Below the pieces are notes generated by a model. It ran no database searches, had not been told where the DNA came from, and saw nothing but the letters and a program-made list of their open reading frames with translations. Shown piece after piece: positions 57,309 through 64,000 of a stretch of DNA of 64,000 nucleotides; within the stretch, counting starts at the first letter, position 1; every line of letters begins with the position of its first letter. The stretch covers positions 14,132 to 78,131 of the forward strand of contig SVPZ01000001.1 in assembly GCA_015065605.1 (NCBI GenBank), in the 5' to 3' direction. This stretch comes from Oscillospiraceae bacterium. GTDB taxonomy: Bacteria > Bacillota > Clostridia > Oscillospirales > Acutalibacteraceae. Both the position numbers and the translations under genes were made by a program.

Positions 57309-57578
57309 ATGCTTTATACAATAACTGATTTTAAAAATAAACAGGCAGTAAGTGTTGATAACGGTATGGTGCTCGGATTTATTGGCGATTTGGAAGTTGA
57401 CTGCGATAACGGAACTGTAGCAAATCTCGTTATATACGGACGTTCTCGGCTTATGGGTGCGTTAGGCAGGGAAGAGGATTTAAAGATTCCTTGGTCAAAT
57501 ATCGAAGTTATTGGCGATGAAACCGTGCTTGTTCGCGGTGCCTACGCTTTTAAAAGCACAAAAAGGAAAAGTTTTTAA
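57309..57578 (+). CDS. ylmC: YlmC/YmxH family sporulation protein (PRC barrel)
   Basis: 89 aa. The pattern ...VSVDNGMVLGFIGDLEVDCDNGTVANLVIYG...IPWSNIEVIGDETVLV is typical of the family. Confidence 0.8.
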   Translation: MLYTITDFKNKQAVSVDNGMVLGFIGDLEVDCDNGTVANLVIYGRSRLMGALGREEDLKIPWSNIEVIGDETVLVRGAYAFKSTKRKSF

Positions 57579-57611
57579 TGAATTAGGATTATTTTAAAGG
57601 CAACACTATTT

Positions 57612-58868
57612 ATGGTGATTCAAGTGAAGGCTTTAAAATATACTTTTTGCATTTTATACTTTATTTTATGTATTGTAGTTTCAGCGCTGTGCATTGTACT
57701 TTATTACTACTCTAACAGTATTGATAATAATTATAAAATCACAAAAGGGAGCGGGTTTAATATTGAAGCCCGTCTTCCCGTAACTACCGAGTATCAAGGG
57801 GCGAAGATAGGGGAAAGTAAAGCAATTAACGAGGTTGGAAAAACACTTACTGTTGACGTAAAACTTCTTGGTATTATTCCTATTAAAAGCACTACCTTAG
57901 AGGTTGTTGAAGAAACCTACGTTGCCGTTCTCGGTAGCCCATTCGGGATAAAAATATTTACCGATGGGGTTTTGGTAACGGATATGGAATCTGTTGAAAC
58001 GGCGAACGGTAATAAAAATCCCGCTGTAGAAGCAGGAATTAAAACGGGAGATTATATATTAAGCATTGACGGTATTGAAGTGTTTACCAACGAAGACGTG
58101 GCAGAATACGTTGAAAAGAGTGACGGTAAACCTATAGATTTTGTTATAAAGCGAGAAGAAACTTTTAAAAAAATAACACTTGTTCCTGCGTTATCAAAAA
58201 CCGAAGGTACTTATAAAGCGGGACTGTGGGTTAAGGATAGTACGGCAGGCCTTGGAACACTGACCTTTTATTCACCTTATAACGATATTCTTTGCGGCCT
58301 TGGACATGCTATGTATGAAAGTAATACGGGTTCTGTTATAAGTTTCAGACGTGGCGAACTTGTTGGAGCGCAGATAAAATCGGTGGTAAAGGGAACAAGC
58401 GGTATCCCCGGTGAACTTAAAGGGAGTCTTACCTATAATTCCCTGGGAAGACTTTATGAAAACTGTCTTAACGGAGTTTACGGATCGGCAACCTGTATCA
58501 TAGATACTAAAAATCTTACGCAAATAGCCTTTAAACAAGAGATTACAGACGGTCCTGCTACTATAATATGCACGGTGGATGGCGAAGGGCCGAAAGCGTA
58601 TAGCTGCGAAATTCGTCTGGGCAACGTTGCTGTAAACGATACCGTACAGAATATGACCGTAACCGTAACCGACCCCAAACTGCTTGAAACAACAGGTGGG
58701 ATAGTTCAGGGTATGAGCGGCAGTCCTATTATTCAAAACGGAAAGCTGGTAGGCGCCCTTACCCACGTGCTTATAGATAATCCACAAAAAGGCTACGGTA
58801 TATTTGCAGAGAATATGCTGGAAACAGCCGAACTTGTGTCACAACAAAATTTCAAAGAAGCATCATAA
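57612..58868 (+). CDS. spoIVB: SpoIVB signalling serine peptidase (S55) with PDZ domain
   Basis: N-terminal TM helix, a PDZ region (GIKTGDYILSIDG), TAGLGTLTFY...CGLGH, and the catalytic GMSGSPIIQNGKLVGALTHV. Confidence 0.9.
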   Translation: MVIQVKALKYTFCILYFILCIVVSALCIVLYYYSNSIDNNYKITKGSGFNIEARLPVTTEYQGAKIGESKAINEVGKTLTVDVKLLGIIPIKSTTLEVVEETYVAVLGSPFGIKIFTDGVLVTDMESVETANGNKNPAVEAGIKTGDYILSIDGIEVFTNEDVAEYVEKSDGKPIDFVIKREETFKKITLVPALSKTEGTYKAGLWVKDSTAGLGTLTFYSPYNDILCGLGHAMYESNTGSVISFRRGELVGAQIKSVVKGTSGIPGELKGSLTYNSLGRLYENCLNGVYGSATCIIDTKNLTQIAFKQEITDGPATIICTVDGEGPKAYSCEIRLGNVAVNDTVQNMTVTVTDPKLLETTGGIVQGMSGSPIIQNGKLVGALTHVLIDNPQKGYGIFAENMLETAELVSQQNFKEAS

Positions 58869-58883
58869 TATGGATTTGCGCCT

Positions 58884-58912
58884 TGACACAAAGTTAATTT
58901 AATGATATAATC
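58884..58912 (+). promoter_or_regulatory. perfect-consensus sigma-A promoter
   Basis: TTGACA (58884-89), a 17-nt spacer, then TATAAT (58907-12), 15 nt after the spoIVB stop. Confidence 0.65.
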
Positions 58913-58959
58913 ACCTAGGTGAAATGAATAAGCCCTTAGAGAAATTGAAAACGGGAAAT

Positions 58960-59002
58960 TAGCGAGTTGTTAGCTCGCTGGTTTTCTGTTTTTGTTTTTT
59001 GT
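58960..59002 (+). terminator. intrinsic terminator / attenuator in the leader of the HAD gene
   Basis: Stem (tt)agcgag / ctcgct(gg) at 58960-67 / 58975-82 with a 7-nt loop, followed by ttttctgtttttgtttttt. It lies ~45 nt after the predicted TSS and ~35-45 nt before the HAD start. Confidence 0.6.
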
Positions 59003-59035
59003 CTTGTGCTTAAATAAAATTAACGAGGTAAAAGA

Positions 59036-59854
59036 GTGGTTAGGATGCAACTGAAAAGTATAGCCCAAAATGCGAAATTGTTTCTGTTTGATTTAGACGG
59101 TACACTTTATTGCGGAGAAAAAATTTTCTCCTTTACAAAAGAGTTGTTGGAGGAGATCAGAAGGCAAGGGAAGGAATATAAATTTATAACCAATAATTCA
59201 TCAAAAAGCTGTGAAGATTATGCGCTCAAAATGAAAAATGTTTATCACTTAAATGTGAAAGCGGATGATTTTGTTACTTCAGGCAGCGCCACTGTTCGCT
59301 TTATATGCGAAAACTATTCGAATGAAGAATTGTTTGTTTTGGGAACCGAATCGTTGAAAAATGAGTTTCTTAATGCAGGTTTACATTTAACTGATGACAT
59401 AAATCGCGTCGGTTGTATTGTTGTTGGGTACGATACAGAACTCAATTTTAAAAAGATTGATGATGCATGTAATATTTTATATACCAAAAAAGTTCCTTTT
59501 ATTGCGACTCATCCCGATAAGACTTGCCCTACTAATTACGGTTTTATGCCCGATTGCGGCGCAATATGTGAGATGATCACAACAGCAACGGGCAAAACGC
59601 CTATTTTTATAGGCAAACCTGCACCGCTGATGCCGGAAATTTGTATGCAAATGACAGGGATTGACCGTAGCGAAACGGTCGTAATAGGGGATAAGATGAA
59701 GACGGATATACTCTCAGGATTGCGATCGGATACCAATACAATTTTGGTATTGAGTGGAGACAATACCATTGATGATGCATTGAACTCCACATATAAACCG
59801 GATGTTGTTATTAAGGATTGTGGCGAACTTTTAGAAGTTCTTAAATGCATATAA
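59036..59854 (+). CDS. HAD-IIA (NagD-like) sugar/nucleotide phosphatase
   Basis: FLFDLDGTLY, FITNNSS, GKP and VIGDKMKTDI are HAD motifs I-IV in subfamily IIA spacing. The start is either GTG 59036 or ATG 59045. Confidence 0.8.
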   Translation: MVRMQLKSIAQNAKLFLFDLDGTLYCGEKIFSFTKELLEEIRRQGKEYKFITNNSSKSCEDYALKMKNVYHLNVKADDFVTSGSATVRFICENYSNEELFVLGTESLKNEFLNAGLHLTDDINRVGCIVVGYDTELNFKKIDDACNILYTKKVPFIATHPDKTCPTNYGFMPDCGAICEMITTATGKTPIFIGKPAPLMPEICMQMTGIDRSETVVIGDKMKTDILSGLRSDTNTILVLSGDNTIDDALNSTYKPDVVIKDCGELLEVLKCI

Positions 59855-59909
59855 TATCAGTAACCTAAGGTTCCGGGTCTTAAAATGTTGGTCCAATACC
59901 CACACACTC

Positions 59910-60065
59910 GTGAGCGGCAGTCCCATTATACAGGACGGTAAACTTGTAGGCGCCCTTACTCACGTGCTTATAGATAATCCACAAAAAGGCTACGGCATAT
60001 TTGCAGAGAATATGTTAGAGACTGCTCAGTCAGTAGCAGAAGAACAACTAAAAAAGGCTTCATAG
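59910..60065 (+). pseudogene. orphan duplicate of the spoIVB 3' end (last ~51 codons)
   Basis: It translates to (V)SGSPIIQDGKLVGALTHVLIDNPQKGYGIFAENMLETAQSVAEEQLKKAS*. Intact spoIVB reads MSGSPIIQNGKLVGALTHVLIDNPQKGYGIFAENMLETAELVSQQNFKEAS* at 58714-58868. The first ~115 nt are about 88% identical by eye, including a 35-nt perfect block. Confidence 0.8.
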
Positions 60066-60067
60066 AT

Positions 60068-60102
60068 AAAAAAGCATCCCGATTAATTTCGGGATGCTTT
60101 TG
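60068..60102. terminator. intrinsic terminator following the spoIVB remnant (overlaps the 3' end of the convergent AraC gene)
   Basis: Hairpin aagcatcccga-ttaatt-tcgggatgctt at 60072-60099, flanked by an A-run and tttt. Confidence 0.7.
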
Positions 60103-60865
60103 CATATTCCAAGGGGGATTTTCCGGTATAAAGTTTAAACATTTTTGAAAAATGATAAATACTGTTATAGCCCACGCTAAGTGCGACTTGTTCTATTGTG
60201 TCATAATCGCTCTTTAAAATTGCTTTGGCTTTTTCTATACGAAAATTATGAATATATTTAATTGGGGAAATACCGTATACAGAAGTAAATGTTCTTCTGA
60301 AATATACTGTACTCATTCCGCAAAGGGAAGACAGCATTTCGTTGGTAATGCGGCTGTCGGAATAGTTTTCGGCAATGTATTTTATTGCCGGTTTTAAAAC
60401 GGAATATTTTTTAGGGTGCGGAGACTCGTGATTGGCGGATTTAAGCAGAAACAATAAAACCTCATATAAATAATATTTAGATTCTAGCTGGTTGTATTCG
60501 CTTTTTGTATTCAAGCTTTTTTCTATTTTTGAAAAATTGTTTGCTAAAAGAGTGTTATCCTTAATTTCATATGAATAAACGGTAGTATTGTCGCAGTCGG
60601 CTTCAAACTCTATGATGATACACTCGCCGGGTTCTGTGCATTTCCAAGAATAGGAACAACCTTTAGGTAGAATTAAGGGATGCAAACCATCAGATAAAAT
60701 GGTTTTGCCGTTCACAGTATATGTTGTTTTCCCTTTGATTTTTAATACTAGTGCCCATCTTTCACGGCTTTCTCGATTTATGGTGATTCCGACGGGCGAA
60801 TTCAACAAGCGGTTAGCAAAAACAACTTTATTTATTGTTAAATTAGAAACAGAATGAACAAACAC
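60083..60865 (-). CDS. AraC family transcriptional regulator (cupin sensor + HTH)
   Basis: 260 aa. The C-terminal double HTH (LSSLCGMSTVYFRRTFTSVYGISPIKYIHNFRIEKAKAIL...VALSVGYNSIYHFSKMFKLYTGKSPLEY) is typical of AraC/XylS. Confidence 0.88.
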   Translation of the reverse strand: MFVHSVSNLTINKVVFANRLLNSPVGITINRESRERWALVLKIKGKTTYTVNGKTILSDGLHPLILPKGCSYSWKCTEPGECIIIEFEADCDNTTVYSYEIKDNTLLANNFSKIEKSLNTKSEYNQLESKYYLYEVLLFLLKSANHESPHPKKYSVLKPAIKYIAENYSDSRITNEMLSSLCGMSTVYFRRTFTSVYGISPIKYIHNFRIEKAKAILKSDYDTIEQVALSVGYNSIYHFSKMFKLYTGKSPLEYAKASRN

Positions 60866-61004
60866 AAAACATCACCTCATACAATATTTTAACACAAAAA
60901 TATAATTTTTGCAAATTTTTATGTATCAAAATTGATAAAAGTATCATTGTTGATATTTACATATATACTTTCTTTTTGTATATTACAATTGAGGTGATTA
61001 TATT

Positions 61005-61820
61005 ATGAAAAAATTATCGGAAATTTCTGCTCCTGCAATTGCGGGCGTTATTAGGGAAAAAAACGCTGCTGCTGCTATTGCGGAAATCAAAAACTGTATG
61101 TATGACGGTGCTGATATGATAGACTTGCATTTGTCCTGCCTTGAAGCTAACGATGTCGATACCTTGCGCAGAATAGTTGATTCTTCAAAGCTCCCGATAT
61201 TAGCGTTAAACTATAATAAAACTGTGGACTGGAATAATGCAAATTTATCGGAAGAAGAGCGTGTAGAGAGCTTTTTAAGAGCTGTAGAAGCAGGTGCGGC
61301 AGGTGTAGATATGCAAGGCTATACATTTCACGCACCTTCAAAAAATGAATTTTGCGGTGAAGATAAATACTCCTTCACAAAAGGAAATCCTAAAGAAGTT
61401 GTTACCGACGAGGTGATTATTTCTAAACAATGTGAGTTTATTGAAACTGTTCACAGCAAGGGCGCCGAGGTGTTACTCTCTTGTCATCCCGGCATAGCAA
61501 TGAATAGCACACAGGTAGTAGAACTTGCCTTGTTTTTAGAAAAGCGGAATCCCGATATTATAAAAATTGTAACCTCTGCCACAAATGAAGATGAAATGCT
61601 TGAAGCCATAAAAACAATGCTACTGCTGAAAAAAGAGGTCAAAACTCCGGTAAGTTATCACGCCAACGGAAAATTTGGAGGGCTCACAAGAATTTTAAAT
61701 CCCGCTTTGGGTGGACAAATTGCTTTTTGTGTAGATAGGTTTTCTGAAAGTTCTACTCTGGAGCAACTTGATCTCAAAACAACCAAAGTCGTTATCGACA
61801 ATTTACAAAAATTTATTTAA
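61005..61820 (+). CDS. type I 3-dehydroquinate dehydratase family protein (AroD-like paralog)
   Basis: It is colinear with AroD: GADMIDLHLSCL (cf. DILEWRVD), LLSCHPG (His position), DIIKIVTSATNEDEML (Schiff-base Lys position) and PVSYHANGKFGGLTRIL. Confidence 0.6.
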   Translation: MKKLSEISAPAIAGVIREKNAAAAIAEIKNCMYDGADMIDLHLSCLEANDVDTLRRIVDSSKLPILALNYNKTVDWNNANLSEEERVESFLRAVEAGAAGVDMQGYTFHAPSKNEFCGEDKYSFTKGNPKEVVTDEVIISKQCEFIETVHSKGAEVLLSCHPGIAMNSTQVVELALFLEKRNPDIIKIVTSATNEDEMLEAIKTMLLLKKEVKTPVSYHANGKFGGLTRILNPALGGQIAFCVDRFSESSTLEQLDLKTTKVVIDNLQKFI

Positions 61821-61846
61821 TCTGTGTTTTAAGGAGGAAAATTGAG

Positions 61847-62596
61847 ATGAGAGATTTAAAAGGTTTTACCGCCATGATTACTGGTGCTGGTAAAAATATT
61901 GGTAAGGATGTTGCATTAGCATTTGCTAAAGAAGGTGCAAATGTTATTGTATGTGATTATAACGAGGATAACGCAAAGGAGACAGCAAGAGAAATAGAAA
62001 TGCTTGGCGTAGAGGTAATGACTGCTGTTTGTGATGTGCGTGACCGTGATGCAATATTTACATATGTTAAACAAGCAGAGGAAAGGTTTGGCAAAATAGA
62101 TTTTCTTGTAAATAATGCAGGCGGAAGTGCCGGACTTTTAAATAAACTGACACGCTTTGTTGATGCAGAGCCGGAAACTCTTGATTTTGTTTTGGATGTA
62201 AATATTAAGGGTACTTTTAATTGTGCACAAGCTGTTTTGCGTTCTATGATAGAAAATAAATACGGAAAAATTATTAACATTTCTTCTATCGCTGCAATAT
62301 GCGGTCTTTATGACAGGGTAGATTACGCGGCAGCAAAAGCGGCACAAATCGGTATGGTGAAATCGCTTGCCATGGAGGTCGGCGAATATAATATATGCGT
62401 TAATTGTATATCTCCGGGTGCGATCAATAGGGATGGTTCTCGTCGGGAACATATGACTTATTTAGGAGAAAACGGTCATGCAGGTGACCCGAAAGATATT
62501 TCTGATACAGTGATTTTTTTAGCAAAAAACGATTATATAACCGGACAAAATATTATTGTTGACGGCGGTAGAACATTAGGGCCCGGATGGAGATAA
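61847..62596 (+). CDS. SDR family oxidoreductase (FabG-like)
   Basis: ITGAGKNIGKD cofactor motif, NNAG, and the catalytic S...YAAAKAA. Confidence 0.88.
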   Translation: MRDLKGFTAMITGAGKNIGKDVALAFAKEGANVIVCDYNEDNAKETAREIEMLGVEVMTAVCDVRDRDAIFTYVKQAEERFGKIDFLVNNAGGSAGLLNKLTRFVDAEPETLDFVLDVNIKGTFNCAQAVLRSMIENKYGKIINISSIAAICGLYDRVDYAAAKAAQIGMVKSLAMEVGEYNICVNCISPGAINRDGSRREHMTYLGENGHAGDPKDISDTVIFLAKNDYITGQNIIVDGGRTLGPGWR

Positions 62597-63510
62597 TTAA
62601 TTTGAATAAAAAAATTGTAAGTTTTAGTTTATCTTTGCTTGTTATGGCTTTATGGGGAAGTCTTTTTCCTTGCGTAAAGATTGGTTATGACGCATTCGGT
62701 ATTAACTCAAACTCAGTTGCCGATATTCTTATGTTTGCGGCAATGCGTTTTACTCTTTGTGGTGTTTTGGTTTGTGCCTTTTGTTTTTTCAGACGAAAAA
62801 CAATGCCAATGCCTTCGGTTAAATCTTTTTTTAACATAGTTTGGATAGGTGTATTCTCTATTGTTTTGCATTATGCCTGTACATATATTGGACTTTCAAT
62901 GACCGATAGCTCAAAAACAGCACTTCTTAAACAAGCAGGAGCGTTGATTTATATCTGCTTTTCCTTTTTGTTTTTTAAGGATGAAAAATTTAATATATTT
63001 AAAATAATCGGCGCAATTATAGGATTTTGCGGGATAATTTCTATAAACTTTTCTTCGGGTGCTATCTCTTTTTCGTTAGGGGATATTTTAATACTTGGTG
63101 CATCAATTTGTACTGTAGTTTCAAATATTATAAGCCGCAGGTCTGTGCAGAACAGTTCGCCGCTTTGGATAACAGGCATCTCTCAATTGTTTGGTGGTTT
63201 GATTATATTTATAGTATCGTTGTCACTTGGCGGTGATTTACTACAATTTACTATAAAAGGAACATTGATTTTTGCTTACATATGCGCTGCGTCCATTACC
63301 GCATACACGCTATGGTATCATATTTTAAAAACCTGCGAACTTTCAAAATTATTTATCATAAAATTTGCAGAGCCGTTATTTGCATGTATTTTTGGAGCAA
63401 TACTTCTGGGAGAAAACATTCTTCGTTTGCAATATCTTGTGGCTTTTGTGCTTATATCTTCAGGAATTATGATAGGTCATTGTAAAGTGAACAAAGGACA
63501 ATCCTTTTAG
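62587..63510 (+). CDS. DMT superfamily (EamA) transporter
   Basis: 307 aa with 10 TM helices arranged as two EamA-like halves. It overlaps the SDR gene. Confidence 0.8.
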   Translation: MEIINLNKKIVSFSLSLLVMALWGSLFPCVKIGYDAFGINSNSVADILMFAAMRFTLCGVLVCAFCFFRRKTMPMPSVKSFFNIVWIGVFSIVLHYACTYIGLSMTDSSKTALLKQAGALIYICFSFLFFKDEKFNIFKIIGAIIGFCGIISINFSSGAISFSLGDILILGASICTVVSNIISRRSVQNSSPLWITGISQLFGGLIIFIVSLSLGGDLLQFTIKGTLIFAYICAASITAYTLWYHILKTCELSKLFIIKFAEPLFACIFGAILLGENILRLQYLVAFVLISSGIMIGHCKVNKGQSF

Positions 63511-63572
63511 TTATGAACACGAGTATGCCGTTCAAGAGGTATTAAGTGAAATAATAGGCGGAGTGAAGATTT

Positions 63573-64000
63573 ATGGGAAAAATATTGGTTAAAAACGGTA
63601 GGGTTTGGGACGGTGAAAAGTTTTTCTTTGCCGATGTGCTGACCGACGGTAAGGTTATTTCTAAAATTGAAAAAAATATATCTTATCCTGCGGAGTTCGT
63701 TTTTGATGCAGAGGGCAAAATTGTGTCTGCAGGTCTTGTGGATTTACATGTGCATATGAAGGGGATCGCCTCAGAGAAATTCGGGATTGAGCCTCATATG
63801 AGCAGTTTCCCCTTTGGTGTTACAGCGGTTAACAATGCAGGAAGTGTTTTGGGTGACAGGGCACTGCTGGATTCTTTCTCTGTCAAAAATACCGTTTTTG
63901 TTGGGGTAGAGATAAATAATAACCATGCTCTCTTTTCCAAAACCGAAGAATATTTGGAAAGATATGGTGATAAAGCAATTGGAATTAAGGTGTATTTCGA
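63573..64000 (+). CDS. metal-dependent amidohydrolase (dihydroorotase/isoaspartyl-dipeptidase-like), N-terminal part; runs off the window end
   Basis: MGKILVKNGRVWDGEKFFFADVLTDGKVISKI...GKIVSAGLVDLHVHMKG shows the N-terminal beta-sandwich plus the HxH metal motif. It is open to position 64000. Confidence 0.7.
   Translation, partial: MGKILVKNGRVWDGEKFFFADVLTDGKVISKIEKNISYPAEFVFDAEGKIVSAGLVDLHVHMKGIASEKFGIEPHMSSFPFGVTAVNNAGSVLGDRALLDSFSVKNTVFVGVEINNNHALFSKTEEYLERYGDKAIGIKVYF

Noticed and set aside
58869-60082. Intact mobile element (IS, integron cassette, prophage remnant) carrying the HAD gene
   Set aside because: There is no transposase, integrase or recombinase ORF, and no terminal inverted repeats. 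Only the diverged direct repeat of the spoIVB end is present, so it is reported as an insertion or recombination scar rather than a mobile element.
60932-60955. TTGATA direct repeats (18 bp start-to-start) as an AraC operator
   Set aside because: These are hexamers in a very AT-rich intergenic region and are likely to occur by chance. The spacing does not match the usual ~21-bp AraC half-site phasing.

Overview
This 64-kb window comes from a low-GC, endospore-forming Firmicute, Clostridia-like: sigG, spoIVB and a ylmC/ymxH-type gene are present. Most genes lie on the + strand and most are core housekeeping.

Core content, in order:
- glgP 5' end and cls.
- A SAM-I riboswitch followed by metK.
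- An M23/M50 peptidase pair.
- A radical-SAM gene with its DUF2344 partner.
- A single ~8.3-kb aromatic amino-acid operon: aminotransferase, pheA, aroB, aroC, an aroE-aroK fusion, aroQ, aroA and a DAHP synthase gene.
- rpsU, efp, ispD and ispF.
- An orphan MsmK-like ATPase.
- ftsE, ftsX and an M23 hydrolase gene, then sigG, ylmC and spoIVB.

Accessory or unusual content:
1. Two tandem giant paralogous genes of ~6.6 kb each fill 26.6-39.9 kb. Each encodes a secreted protein with seven CBM-like beta-sandwich modules interleaved with six Listeria/Bacteroides-type (Flg_new) repeats. An uncharacterised ~300-aa block follows, then a C-terminal GH16-like catalytic domain. No recognisable wall anchor is present.
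2. A convergent pair encodes an intracellular clan GH-A glycosidase and an LctP-family permease. It abuts a ~37-codon remnant of a GGDEF gene 3' end.
3. A diverged ~155-bp duplicate of the spoIVB 3' end brackets a ~1-kb cassette. The cassette carries a consensus promoter, a leader with a terminator, and a HAD-IIA phosphatase gene.
4. An AraC-headed cluster contains a type I dehydroquinase paralog, an SDR, a DMT transporter and an amidohydrolase.

I saw no rRNA, tRNA, CRISPR array, transposase, integrase, or recognisable defence or toxin system. I cannot claim a convincing new multi-gene system. The best candidates for novelty are the giant GH16 paralogs and the two gene-remnant scars. All homology calls rest on motif recognition by eye, not on database searches.
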